Assembly: GCA_000743035.1 (NCBI GenBank)
Contig: CP008936.1
Location: 1,320,001 to 1,352,000, forward strand
DNA length: 32,000 bases
Source: Candidatus Paracaedimonas acanthamoebae
Lineage (GTDB): Bacteria; Pseudomonadota; Alphaproteobacteria; Caedimonadales; Caedimonadaceae
Direction: 5' to 3'
Shown here: positions 1 to 8,842 of the stretch, piece by piece
Layout: each line of letters opens with the position of its first letter
Position numbering within the stretch: the first letter of the stretch is position 1
Made by a program: the position numbers and the translations under genes
The notes under the pieces: model-generated
The model's input: only the letters and a program-made list of their open reading frames with translations
Databases searched by the model: none
What the model was told of the DNA's origin: nothing

Positions 1-852
1 GATTGCAATGACTCTCGCCTCTTCTTCTAGAGAGGAAAATTCTCCTAAATGAAGTTTTTGAGTAAGCATATCTGTTTGAAATACTTCTTCTTGTTTTTCA
101 GCTTGAGGGGTTTGCATCTTACAAGAAAACAAATTAAGAATCGTTTTTTCCTCAGAGTTATTCCAAAAATTTTCTTGATATACTTTTCCTTTGGGTAGTT
201 GTTCAATTGCCTCAAGAAACCTCCCCACAACTGGAATATCCGCCTCAAAGCCTGCAGCAATTACGGGCGCCTGTGGAGGATTGTCTTTCCACGCCTCAAT
301 CTGTTCATTAAGTAGCTGCACAAAATGCACACATGGGTCACTTCGACCTATTCTTCTTAAAAAATGAGGCCATTGATCTTTAATAACTTCCAAGTACTTT
401 AAATTCTGTTGCCAGTGAGCGGCAAAAGTCTCAGGAATTAAATTTTTTGTCTTCTCAAAGGGTACTTCAGCAAAAATAAATTCATCATGTAAAGCCGCAA
501 GAGATTCTGCAAACTGGCCTGCTTGTGATTCCTCGCGTACATACGGCTTTAAAAGGTGAATATAATGTAATTCACGCTCAAAAAAAGAAACTGGAGGAGG
601 CAACATGCATGGAAGACTATCCGTTTGATTGACCCAATCTCTTAAAGTGCTAACGTGAGGAAAAATAAACGTCATCTCCGGAAAAAAACTTTGTAATTCT
701 TCAATAAATTGTCGTTTTGCACGGCGAGAAGGAAGAAAAACAATAGCTTTAGAAATCTGCAAGGGTTCCTCTTGGCACATATGATAAAGCTGCCAAGAAA
801 GTTGTTTTAAAGGAGCAAAACGAAGCTTAGATGGCGCCAGAATCATAGACAT
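1..852 (-). CDS. addB: AddB-like double-strand break repair protein, N-terminal 284 codons (gene continues past the left edge)
   Basis: The minus-strand frame is open from ATG at 852 to position 1. It is absent from the ORF track because it has no stop in the window. My translation is MSMILAPSKLRFAPLKQ...IVFLPSRRAKRQF...APVIAAGFEADIPVVGRFLEAIEQLPKG. This resembles the LLPTRRA and IAAGSTGSIP motifs I associate with alphaproteobacterial AddB. A tsaE-addB neighbourhood is common in Alphaproteobacteria. Confidence 0.55.
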   Translation of the reverse strand, partial: MSMILAPSKLRFAPLKQLSWQLYHMCQEEPLQISKAIVFLPSRRAKRQFIEELQSFFPEMTFIFPHVSTLRDWVNQTDSLPCMLPPPVSFFERELHYIHLLKPYVREESQAGQFAESLAALHDEFIFAEVPFEKTKNLIPETFAAHWQQNLKYLEVIKDQWPHFLRRIGRSDPCVHFVQLLNEQIEAWKDNPPQAPVIAAGFEADIPVVGRFLEAIEQLPKGKVYQENFWNNSEEKTILNLFSCKMQTPQAEKQEEVFQTDMLTQKLHLGEFSSLEEEARVIAI

Positions 853-1312
853 CTAATTGAATCTTCTCTAAACGACTTACCCACTCTCCATAAGGTGTTA
901 GGATCAATTCACGTGTTTCGTCACCCCTATGCAGTTTCAATGAAACCTCAAGATAATTTTTAAAAACAAAATCTTGGCCTAATCTTTCTGGCCATTCTAA
1001 AAGGGTAATTCCTCTGGCAAAAGCTTCCTCTATTCCTAAATCCCAAATTTCAGGCGCTGATTTAAGGCGATAAAGATCAAAATGCCAAATATCTCCACTT
1101 ATCGCTTCATAAATTTCGACAAGCGTAAAAGTAGGGCTTGGCACCGTCATTTCCTGATGCGTAAGTTCTCGGATGAAAGCACGAGCAAACTCTGTTTTTC
1201 CTGCCCCTAAATCTCCTTGCAACATAATAACGTCTTTTGGCCTTGAGAGCCGCGCAAGCTGTTGAGCAATTTCTTGCGTTTTTTGAAGTGTGGGTAAAAA
1301 GAAAGTCTTCAT
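827..1312 (-). CDS. tsaE: tRNA threonylcarbamoyladenosine biosynthesis ATPase TsaE
   Basis: The track ORF is 827..1342. It carries the P-loop LQGDLGAGKTEFARAFIR and the HFDLYRL motif typical of TsaE/YjeE. The track start at 1342 is TTG. The ATG at 1312 (MKTFFLPT...) avoids overlap with acpS and is preferred. Confidence 0.85.
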   Translation of the reverse strand: MKTFFLPTLQKTQEIAQQLARLSRPKDVIMLQGDLGAGKTEFARAFIRELTHQEMTVPSPTFTLVEIYEAISGDIWHFDLYRLKSAPEIWDLGIEEAFARGITLLEWPERLGQDFVFKNYLEVSLKLHRGDETRELILTPYGEWVSRLEKIQLDVYDSGAI

Positions 1313-1319
1313 TTGAAAC

Positions 1320-1775
1320 TTATTGCCCTTCAATAACAACAAAGGCCAATGCTTGAGTTTGAGTGTCTGATAAACTTAAATGTAAAAGCTCCTTTTGATA
1401 CCCTTGCAAACGTTGTTGTAAAATTTTCTGCGCAGTACCATAAAGATGAAGACGTGGTTGTCCTGTGGCTTCATTATAAACCTCAATTTCAGTTAATAAA
1501 ATTCCCTGAGAAAACCCTGTTCCTAAAGCTTTTACAAACGCTTCTTTTGCAGCAAACCTCTTTGCAAATGATGCCGCAGAACGAGATAAAGCCAAAGCTG
1601 TTGCGATTTCAACAGGTGTAAAAACTCGCTTCATAAATCTATCTTTATGACGACTTATTAAGTTCTCTATACGTTTAATTTCTACAAGATCAGTCCCAAT
1701 ACCAATAATCAATTTAAGCCTTTTGATTTTAAGGATATGTTTTTTGTATTTATCATAGAATGGCTCACGGGTCAT
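1320..1775 (-). CDS. acpS: holo-[acyl-carrier-protein] synthase
   Basis: Contains IIGIGTDLVEIKRI...FAAKEAFVKALGTG...HLSLSD, typical of AcpS. The first ATG is at 1775. A TTG at 1712 would give the canonical MIIGIGTD N-terminus and about 130 aa, so the true start may be 1712. Confidence 0.85.
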   Translation of the reverse strand: MTREPFYDKYKKHILKIKRLKLIIGIGTDLVEIKRIENLISRHKDRFMKRVFTPVEIATALALSRSAASFAKRFAAKEAFVKALGTGFSQGILLTEIEVYNEATGQPRLHLYGTAQKILQQRLQGYQKELLHLSLSDTQTQALAFVVIEGQ

Positions 1776-1805
1776 TAGCAATACTCGAAATGGCGCAAAA
1801 ACCTC

Positions 1806-2804
1806 TTACTGCAAGAAACCGATAAGACGATGAACATCTTTAAGTGTTGAGGAAGCTTTTGCTGTTGCCTGCTGTTGCCCCACTCGTAAAATAGTTTCTA
1901 GCTCAACTTTATCTTGCAACCATTTTTTTGTTTCTTCACGGATAGGACCTAAAATGGATATCATCAGTTCTGCGAGTTTGGGCTTAAAGGCTGAGAACAA
2001 AGAACCTTTGAACTCTTGTAAAACTTTCTCCACAGAACATTCAGCCAAGGCCGCATAAATTGTCACTAGATTTTGTGCTTCAGGACGAGTTGCTAGCTCT
2101 CCCACGTTGCCTGGTAAAGGCTCTGGGTCTGTTTTGGCTTTACGTATTTTTTGATTTATCTCTTCATCACTATCCATCATATTAATACGTGAAAGATCTG
2201 AAGGATCAGACTTACTCATCTTTTTTGTTCCATCCCGCAAGCTCATGACACGAGGAGCAATTCCTAAGATTTGTGGTTCTGGTAAGATGAAAAAATTGCA
2301 ATTATAAGCTCGGTTAAAAGCTCCTGCGATATCTCTTGCAAGCTCAAGATGCTGCTTTTGATCCTCTCCAACAGGTACATGAGTTGTTTGATAGACGAGG
2401 ATATCAGCCGCTTGCAAAACAGGATAAGAATAAAGTCCCAAAGCTGCCTGCTCTCGCTGCTTCCCAGCTTTATCTTTAAATTGAGTCATACGATTGAGCC
2501 ACCCAAGCGGGGTTAAACAACTTAAAATCCAAGCGAGTTCTGCATGTTGAGAAACATGACTCTGCACAAAAATAAGCGATTTTTGGGGATCAATTCCACA
2601 TGCAAGATAAGTTGCCGCAACCTCAAGTGTTCGCGATTTCAGCATGATAGGATCCTGAGGAATTGTAATCGCGTGCAGATCAACAATACAGAAAAGCGCC
2701 TCTCCTTCTTTTTGAAGAGGAATCCAATTTTTAATAGCGCCCAAATAATTCCCTAATGTTAAATTTCCTGAGGGTTGAATTCCTGAAAAAATACGCTTCA
2801 TCAT
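1806..2804 (-). CDS. trpS: tryptophan--tRNA ligase
   Basis: 332 aa with FSGIQPSGNLTLGNYLGA (HIGH-region equivalent) and KMSKSDP (KMSKS). Its start overlaps the murJ stop by 4 nt. Confidence 0.95.
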   Translation of the reverse strand: MMKRIFSGIQPSGNLTLGNYLGAIKNWIPLQKEGEALFCIVDLHAITIPQDPIMLKSRTLEVAATYLACGIDPQKSLIFVQSHVSQHAELAWILSCLTPLGWLNRMTQFKDKAGKQREQAALGLYSYPVLQAADILVYQTTHVPVGEDQKQHLELARDIAGAFNRAYNCNFFILPEPQILGIAPRVMSLRDGTKKMSKSDPSDLSRINMMDSDEEINQKIRKAKTDPEPLPGNVGELATRPEAQNLVTIYAALAECSVEKVLQEFKGSLFSAFKPKLAELMISILGPIREETKKWLQDKVELETILRVGQQQATAKASSTLKDVHRLIGFLQ

Positions 2805-4363
2805 TCTTCTCCGAATTTAGTCTTTTTAAATTTTTTCTTTGCTTCAATAAAGTTCAGAGCACCTGCCAGTTGTGCGATCGTAATAAAACTAATAATCCCC
2901 CCTCCAACTAAATAGAGTAAAGCAAGCATTTTGTCAGAACGCGAACCTTGCAACAATGGTTCAACAAGAGACCTCAGGATCAGAATAACTATACTTGTAA
3001 AAAAGCTTGCAACAAGCATTCTGGGAATAAAGCGCTTAATCCGATCATTCAAATAAAACTGCTTATGCTGCCATAGCTTATATACAAGAAAGCCTACATT
3101 AATCCACGAGGACACGGCTGTTGCAATACCAATACCAATATGACCATAAGAACGCACCAAGCAAAGAGCTAGGATAAGATTTGTGACAATTCCTATAGCT
3201 GCCGCAATAAAAGGAACAAAGGTATTCTCACGCGCAAAAAACGTAGAAGAAAAAACCTTTATTAGAATGTAGGCCGGAAGTCCTGTCGCCAAAGCCATAA
3301 GTACATACGAAGTTTGCTCAGTGGCATAAGAAGAAAAGTGTCCATGTTCAAATAAAACATGAATCAGTGGTTTTGCTAATAAGATCAACCCAATCATTGC
3401 AGGGAAGGTCAAAAGTAAAGCATATTCTAAAGCTAAATTCTGGCTTTGTTCTGCTTTTTGGTAATCTTGCGCTCGAATTTGCTTAGAAAGCAGAGGAAGC
3501 AAAGCCGTCCCTACAGCCGTCCCTAATACGCTAATTGGAAGTTGCACAAGCCGATCCGCATAATGGATGAAAGAGACACCACCTGCTGGTAAGAAAGTTG
3601 CAATCAAAAGGTCAAGGAGTAAGCTAATCTGGACAACCCCAGAACCTGCTAAAGCTGGCACTAAAAGTTTAAAAAATTTCTTAACACGCGGCGTTAGCCG
3701 GGGACGTGACAAGCGCAAAACAATATGATTTTTAAAGGTCGGAATTAATACCCATAGAAATTGGACAATCCCACACGCAAGAACACCAAAAGAGAAGGCA
3801 TAGCCATGCGTACATAAACCGAAGCTCGTCATTAAATAGACAATGGCTATTATCACAATATTTCCAATCATTGGTGAAGATGCAACAGCCGCAAACTTAT
3901 CAAGAGAATTTAAAATGCCACTATATAACGCTGTTAAAGACATAAAAAATATGAAAGGAAATGTAATACGAGTAAATTGGACAGCAAGCTCAAACCGTTC
4001 AGGCGTCTTTGAAAAACCATGAGCAATGATAGATAAAATCTCAGGCATAAAAATTTCAACGGCGCCAACAAGAACAAATAAAATAACCAGCAAAATCATT
4101 AGGATTTCTTCGGCAAAATGGCGCGCTTCTTCTTTTCCTTTTGTTGCTAGAATGCCTGAAATCATTGGAACAAAAGCGGCATTAAAAGCCCCTTCTGCAA
4201 GAATTTTACGAAACATTGAAGGAAATTTGAGGGCTAACACAAATGCATCAGCGACAATACTTGCCCCCAAAAATCGTGCCATTAAAATTTCGCGTACAAA
4301 GCCAAAAATACGGCTCCCCATTGTATACCCACCGATCGTCGCAATGGAACGCACAAGATTCAT
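2801..4363 (-). CDS. murJ: lipid II flippase MurJ (copy adjacent to trpS, probably the syntenic ortholog)
   Basis: 520 aa polytopic membrane protein. The N-terminus ...SRIFGFVREILMARFLGAS..ADAF..A.KFP..FR....EGAFNAAFVP is the MurJ/MviN signature. murJ-trpS adjacency is conserved in Alphaproteobacteria. Confidence 0.9.
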   Translation of the reverse strand: MNLVRSIATIGGYTMGSRIFGFVREILMARFLGASIVADAFVLALKFPSMFRKILAEGAFNAAFVPMISGILATKGKEEARHFAEEILMILLVILFVLVGAVEIFMPEILSIIAHGFSKTPERFELAVQFTRITFPFIFFMSLTALYSGILNSLDKFAAVASSPMIGNIVIIAIVYLMTSFGLCTHGYAFSFGVLACGIVQFLWVLIPTFKNHIVLRLSRPRLTPRVKKFFKLLVPALAGSGVVQISLLLDLLIATFLPAGGVSFIHYADRLVQLPISVLGTAVGTALLPLLSKQIRAQDYQKAEQSQNLALEYALLLTFPAMIGLILLAKPLIHVLFEHGHFSSYATEQTSYVLMALATGLPAYILIKVFSSTFFARENTFVPFIAAAIGIVTNLILALCLVRSYGHIGIGIATAVSSWINVGFLVYKLWQHKQFYLNDRIKRFIPRMLVASFFTSIVILILRSLVEPLLQGSRSDKMLALLYLVGGGIISFITIAQLAGALNFIEAKKKFKKTKFGEE

Positions 4364-4527
4364 ACTATTGACCTCTGTTTTATTTTTGTTGCTTTGTCAT
4401 ATCACAATTTCTTAAATGAGTCGCAACGATTTATAAAGAATACTTGGAAAAAATTTTCTCTTCTTAAGGTTAAATTAATTTAACTCCATTAAAATAGAAT
4501 CAAAAGTCAGAAAAGCGAGATTTATAA

Positions 4528-5637
4528 ATGATGAAGAAAATAAATATTTTTCTAGTTTTCTTAATTGCAGTCTTTGTTAATAAAGAGGATCTCTACGCCT
4601 CTTCTCATCACCCGACAGTGATACGAAGTGGGCTTGATAAAAAGTTAACTGCAGCAGGTGAACTTTATTTACGACAAGTTTATACAGGCACTGATTATAC
4701 TGCAGGTGGCTTTACAGCGCTGGAATTATTTTCTTTAAATGATTCTCTCAAACAACAAACCCGCACTTCTTCCACCGCAAAAAGTGATCCTCTTCTAATT
4801 GGGAAGAAAGCTAAAGGAACAACATCAGAAATCCAAGAACGACAGGAATTACTTGCTCGTATTATCGCAATGATGTGGCAGCTAGATGCAAAAGCCGCAG
4901 CGCAAGGAGAAGGTTTTACAAGCGGGTCTTTTAAAATTATTGATCCGGGATATAAATTATATAATTTTCTTCTTAAATATGTAAAATTAGCTCGGTCACA
5001 ATCAAGCTCTTTTGCTTACGAACGTAATCCACAAAAGGGTCAATCTAGCCACTATAAAGATGCCAGCCCTGAAAGCCAATTTGGCATTGATGTAAGATTT
5101 GAAGCAAATGAATCAAGCCTTCAACTCCTTCCCCAAAGCAAATCCCATATTATTTTTGGAAAAATTGCAATTAGCCCTAACTCTAAACTGCCTTTGCTTT
5201 TCATCAAGCTTGAAACTATTGGATTAGGTTCGTTAAGTGATAAAATTAATCATGGGATAGGGTTTCTTAAAACGCGTGCAGATTCTAAAGAGCTATTAGA
5301 AAGGACGCGTAAAGAAAAATATATTAAACCTGAAATCCAGGAAGCCTATAATAAAGTCTTTGCAATTTTCAAAACCTTTGACAGCAAAGACCAACAAGAT
5401 CATTCCAAAAAACCACTTATGGCTGAAAAACCAAAAAACATCAGTAGTATGATTGAGATGCTTAATAACGCAAAAATGATTCAAAGCACTTCTTCTAAAA
5501 CTCAAGCAAGTCTCGCTTCTTTTAAGGCAGAAGGACAAAAGTTTATGGATCTTTTGGCTAAGATTTATCCAAATGATAAAGAAAACATTTTTTTAAGAAC
5601 AGGTCACGAAGTCATCATTGATTTAAATAAATTATAA
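4528..5637 (+). CDS. hypothetical secreted protein (orphan, cysteine-free, Lys/Ser/Gln-rich)
   Basis: 369-aa ORF with a Sec-type signal peptide (MMKKINIFLVFLIAVFVNKEDLYA/SS). The region is AT-richer than its flanks. I recognise no family. It is convergent with the second murJ, with only a 5-nt gap. Confidence 0.6.
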   Translation: MMKKINIFLVFLIAVFVNKEDLYASSHHPTVIRSGLDKKLTAAGELYLRQVYTGTDYTAGGFTALELFSLNDSLKQQTRTSSTAKSDPLLIGKKAKGTTSEIQERQELLARIIAMMWQLDAKAAAQGEGFTSGSFKIIDPGYKLYNFLLKYVKLARSQSSSFAYERNPQKGQSSHYKDASPESQFGIDVRFEANESSLQLLPQSKSHIIFGKIAISPNSKLPLLFIKLETIGLGSLSDKINHGIGFLKTRADSKELLERTRKEKYIKPEIQEAYNKVFAIFKTFDSKDQQDHSKKPLMAEKPKNISSMIEMLNNAKMIQSTSSKTQASLASFKAEGQKFMDLLAKIYPNDKENIFLRTGHEVIIDLNKL

Positions 5638-5642
5638 AAAGT

Positions 5643-7193
5643 TTAAGTTTGAAAGTTTTTTCTTGTTAAATACTTTGCAACATCTTGTAAAGAAAAGGCT
5701 TTTGAGAGTAAGGCTGCAACACCATAGCTAGCACCACCCAAAAGAATTAGAATAATTAAATTCATTGCTTTATAGCCATGACAAGAATGGCACTTAAAAC
5801 TCCAATCAAATAGTTTAATAGCAATCCCCATCAGAACAGTTGAAAAAATAATCCGTGGAACACGTATTTTTAAACGTGCGTCGAATTTTAGCAACCGCTC
5901 TTTGGTTAATATCCTCACTAAATAGCCAACATTAACCCAGGCGGCTAAAGCAGTAGATAAAGCAATGCCCACATGCTTTAAAGGCCCTATGAAAATAAGA
6001 TTAAAAAATATATTTACGCCTAAAGAAAGAAGAGCTGCCTTTACGGGTGTTCGCGTATCAAGCTTTGCAAAAAAGACGGTCGATAATATTTTGATAAGAA
6101 TGTAAGCAGGTAATCCTATCACAAAGGCAGCCAGAACTTTAGATGTTTCTAGAGCTTCATAAGCTCCAAAGTGGTTTCGTTCAAAAAGGACAGAAATAAT
6201 CGGATGTGCTAACAGAATTAAGGCTGCCGCAGCAGGTAAGGTCAGAATCAGCGAATATTCTAAGGCTCTATTCTGCGTATAAACTGCAGCTTCCACTTCT
6301 CCTTTTTGAAGATGCTTGGCCGTAAGAGGTAATAAAGCTGTGCTCATAGCAATACCAATTAAACTTAAAGGAAGCTGGTTTAAACGATCTGCAAAAAATA
6401 AAAAGGAAACCGCGCCTGTCGGAAGAAAAGAAGCAATGATGACATCAATAAATAAATTGACTTGGACAACGCCCGCACTTATCGCGCCCGGAATCATTGT
6501 TTTTAAAAGTTTTTGAACAACAGGGGTAAGCTTGGGCCAGACCCATTTGAAATGAACACCATGCGTATACGCGGAGTAATGAAGCCAGGCATATTGACCT
6601 ATTCCTGCAACCATCACTCCCCAGACAAGCGCATGCCCTATTGTTGGGAAAGATTTGTTAAAGATTAACATTGCTGTAATCATGCTAATGTTGAGCAGGA
6701 TTGGTGCTGCTGCAGCCGAGGAAAAACGACCCAATGAGTTTAGAATCCCGCTTAAACAAGCGCTTAATGAGATGAAAAGGATATAAGGGAAGGTAATCCT
6801 TGTAAAAAAGATAGCATACTGCAAGCGCTCAGGTGTTTCTTCAAACCCAGGTGCCAGAATGTAGATCAGCCAAGGAATCGTCAATTCCACAAAAGCAACC
6901 AGCAAGATAAGAGCTAAAAAGAGCACAGATATAATTTGCTCTGCATATCTTGTTGCTTTCTCTAATCCTTCACTCGTATACAGACGCGCAAAAAGAGGAA
7001 CAAAAGCAGCATTAAAAGCCCCTTCTGCAAAAAGCCGCCGAAAAAAATTAGGAAACTTAAAGGCGACAAAAAAGGCATCTGCAATGGGGCCTGCCCCTAA
7101 AAATGAAGCAATGAGAATATCACGCGCAAACCCAAGCACTCGACTGATCGCCGTAAAACCTGCAATCGTTGTGACAGAACGTAGTAAATGCAT
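5643..7193 (-). CDS. murJ: MurJ/MviN-family flippase, second paralog
   Basis: 516 aa. The N-terminus ...SRVLGFARDILIASFLGAGPIADAFFVAFKFPNFFRRLFAEGAFNAAFVPLF aligns colinearly by eye with the first copy at roughly half identity. Confidence 0.9.
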   Translation of the reverse strand: MHLLRSVTTIAGFTAISRVLGFARDILIASFLGAGPIADAFFVAFKFPNFFRRLFAEGAFNAAFVPLFARLYTSEGLEKATRYAEQIISVLFLALILLVAFVELTIPWLIYILAPGFEETPERLQYAIFFTRITFPYILFISLSACLSGILNSLGRFSSAAAAPILLNISMITAMLIFNKSFPTIGHALVWGVMVAGIGQYAWLHYSAYTHGVHFKWVWPKLTPVVQKLLKTMIPGAISAGVVQVNLFIDVIIASFLPTGAVSFLFFADRLNQLPLSLIGIAMSTALLPLTAKHLQKGEVEAAVYTQNRALEYSLILTLPAAAALILLAHPIISVLFERNHFGAYEALETSKVLAAFVIGLPAYILIKILSTVFFAKLDTRTPVKAALLSLGVNIFFNLIFIGPLKHVGIALSTALAAWVNVGYLVRILTKERLLKFDARLKIRVPRIIFSTVLMGIAIKLFDWSFKCHSCHGYKAMNLIILILLGGASYGVAALLSKAFSLQDVAKYLTRKNFQT

Positions 7194-7439
7194 TTATATC
7201 CTAATGCTTCTTTGTAAAGACATAATCATTCTCCCTGTTATATAAATTCTTGGCTCCTTGTGGAAATAAAAAAGTTTAATTTTCTTTTATCCTATCTTCT
7301 CATACATATTGTGAAACTCTTTATATCTTCAATATTTTCCCGTTACTCAACCTCTCTGGCATAAGACAGAAAAGGATAAATTAAAAAATGTTGAGGATAA
7401 CCTTAAACAATATCATTCTCGTTCCTGTTCCTTCACTTT

Positions 7440-7685
7440 TCTCTTCCTATTTCTTTCCCCTTTTTATGAGGGAAATAGAGGCCTTCTGCGCAAAGAGCAC
7501 GTTAAAAAGTTTGCTTTTCTAATAATTTGAGTTTGTGACTCTTTTTATTATTATTGGATAACTCTAGAGATTTTAGTGAGAGTAATTACCAAGATTTGTA
7601 AGACCCTAGTAAGGAAAGAAAATCATCTCTGACCATCTACAACTAGGCTACCACAAAAAGTTACAAATATCAAGAAAAATAGTTC
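7440..7685 (-). repeat. Noncoding element family, copy C0 (most divergent of 3), upstream of murJ paralog 2
   Basis: Aligns by eye with 11925-12150 and 15725-15950. One example is aatcatctctgaccatctacaactaggctacc versus ttcatctctgaccatctactaataggctacc. Another is ttattggataactctagaga versus ttattggatggactcagaaa. A third is ccctttttatgagggaaatagagg versus ccccttttcatcagtcaaagagagg. Confidence 0.7.
7645..7673 (-). promoter_or_regulatory. Candidate sigma70-type promoter TTGATA-N17-TAGCCT (minus strand) inside element copy C0
   Basis: The reverse complement reads TTGATAtttgtaactttttgtggTAGCCT. The same hexamers and 17-nt spacing occur in the other two copies, while the spacer sequence differs. 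Confidence 0.35.
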
Positions 7686-7799
7686 TAAAAATTAAATATC
7701 TTCATACATGTTTGCTAGTTTTTAAGGTAAAATTAAAAACTCGATGTAGTGAAAACCAATATGAAAACAAAGGTGCCACGAGATTAAATTTATGATGAA

Positions 7800-7838
7800 G
7801 GGAATTACTTATAAAATAAATAATTCCCCTTTTTCTTA
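7800..7838. terminator. Hairpin GGGAATTA-N13-TAATTCCC followed by CTTTTTCTT (plus-strand sense), directly after the stop of the 159-aa gene
   Basis: An 8-bp stem is visible at 7800-7807 / 7821-7828, with a T-run on the plus strand and an A-run equivalent on the other side. It could act bidirectionally. The loop is long, so confidence is modest. Confidence 0.35.
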
Positions 7839-8318
7839 CTAGCCTTTATAGTTTGTTAAAATCTTTTGTGCTTCTTCATTAACTTTAAGTTGTTTATGAG
7901 GAACATGTCCTGCAAGAATCTGCTTATATTCCTCAAAGGTTTTTTTAATTGTTGCTTCTATTTTTGGGTAAGCAGGCTCTGACTTAAAATTAGGATTACT
8001 TAATATCTGGCTAAATAAAATAACTTCTTTTGAGCGGTCAGATTTAAAAAACGCAATATTAGCTGATGCGTATAAGCCAACAAGGCATGCTTTATGGTTA
8101 CCTTCTTTACATACTTGATCAACGGCTTGATGAATATTTTCAATTTCTACATCTGATAAATTTGCTGATTTGTAACTATATTGATATACTGCATTGATAT
8201 CGCTAGGAAGGTTTTGTAGTTCTTTTACCGCTTCATTAGTTGCGTCCACAGTTCTTCCAGATTCAGACCAACCTAAAATACCCGCAGCCAATAATATACT
8301 TAAAGATTTATAATTCAT
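7839..8318 (-). CDS. hypothetical secreted protein (orphan)
   Basis: 159-aa ORF with signal peptide MNYKSLSILLAAGILGWSES. It is isolated inside about 1.6 kb of AT-rich, otherwise noncoding DNA. I recognise no family. Confidence 0.5.
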   Translation of the reverse strand: MNYKSLSILLAAGILGWSESGRTVDATNEAVKELQNLPSDINAVYQYSYKSANLSDVEIENIHQAVDQVCKEGNHKACLVGLYASANIAFFKSDRSKEVILFSQILSNPNFKSEPAYPKIEATIKKTFEEYKQILAGHVPHKQLKVNEEAQKILTNYKG

Positions 8319-8769
8319 ATTTTTCTTCCTTCATTTAATATCTTTTAAATTTATATCCTTAAAATGTTACTAGACGGTTAAAAAACTCATTTTAAAATGC
8401 ACCATAGCTTCAGAATTTTTGGGCAAAAATTTTTTAAGATAACACACGCCTTTATTCAATTATTTCTAAAAAATACCTTAGAAAAATGATAAAAATAATC
8501 TGTCATTACTTCATTTTTATTGTTTTTTGTATTACGCTCCTTAACATGTTTTGGAAGTAACCTCATAAAAAACCTGTCGACTTCTTTAAAAAGCGCTCGC
8601 CCGTACTCTCCTGAAAGTTCTTGTAAAGAAAGCCAATCTTCTTCATAAATTTTATGGGCTAATAAACGCTTAATCCAGCTGAGGCTTTCTTGGCCGAAGG
8701 TATTTCATTAACCGCTTTAAATCATTGCCACAAAAAAACTAACATATTAAAAAGTAACAATAATTTTGA

Positions 8770-8797
8770 TTGACATCTTTTAAATTCATAGTATCAC
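8770..8797 (+). promoter_or_regulatory. Candidate promoter TTGACA-N16-TATCAC upstream of the F-box gene
   Basis: A perfect -35 hexamer sits at 8770-8775 and a weak -10 at 8792-8797, about 45 nt upstream of the ATG at 8843. Confidence 0.3.
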
Positions 8798-8842
8798 ATA
8801 AGCAACTACGATTTGAAATTTTCATAAAGTAAATCAATAACA

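Noticed and set aside
45-260. 71-aa minus-strand ORF from the track
   Set aside because: It lies out of frame inside the long open AddB-like frame (1-852, minus). It is Lys/Phe/Leu-rich junk typical of an alternative frame.
4026-4415. 129-aa plus-strand ORF antisense to murJ. The same applies to 1349-1621, 2544-2756, 5296-5538, 6316-6516, 8900-9172, 10246-10639, 12975-13417, 14318-14794, 16590-18446, 18783-18965, 19296-19556, 20131-20502, 26124-26351, 26585-27380, 27776-28219, 29715-29915 and 30130-30548.
   Set aside because: These are shadow ORFs inside, and mostly antisense to, well-supported genes. They have low-complexity or Arg/Ser/Lys-rich composition and no SD.
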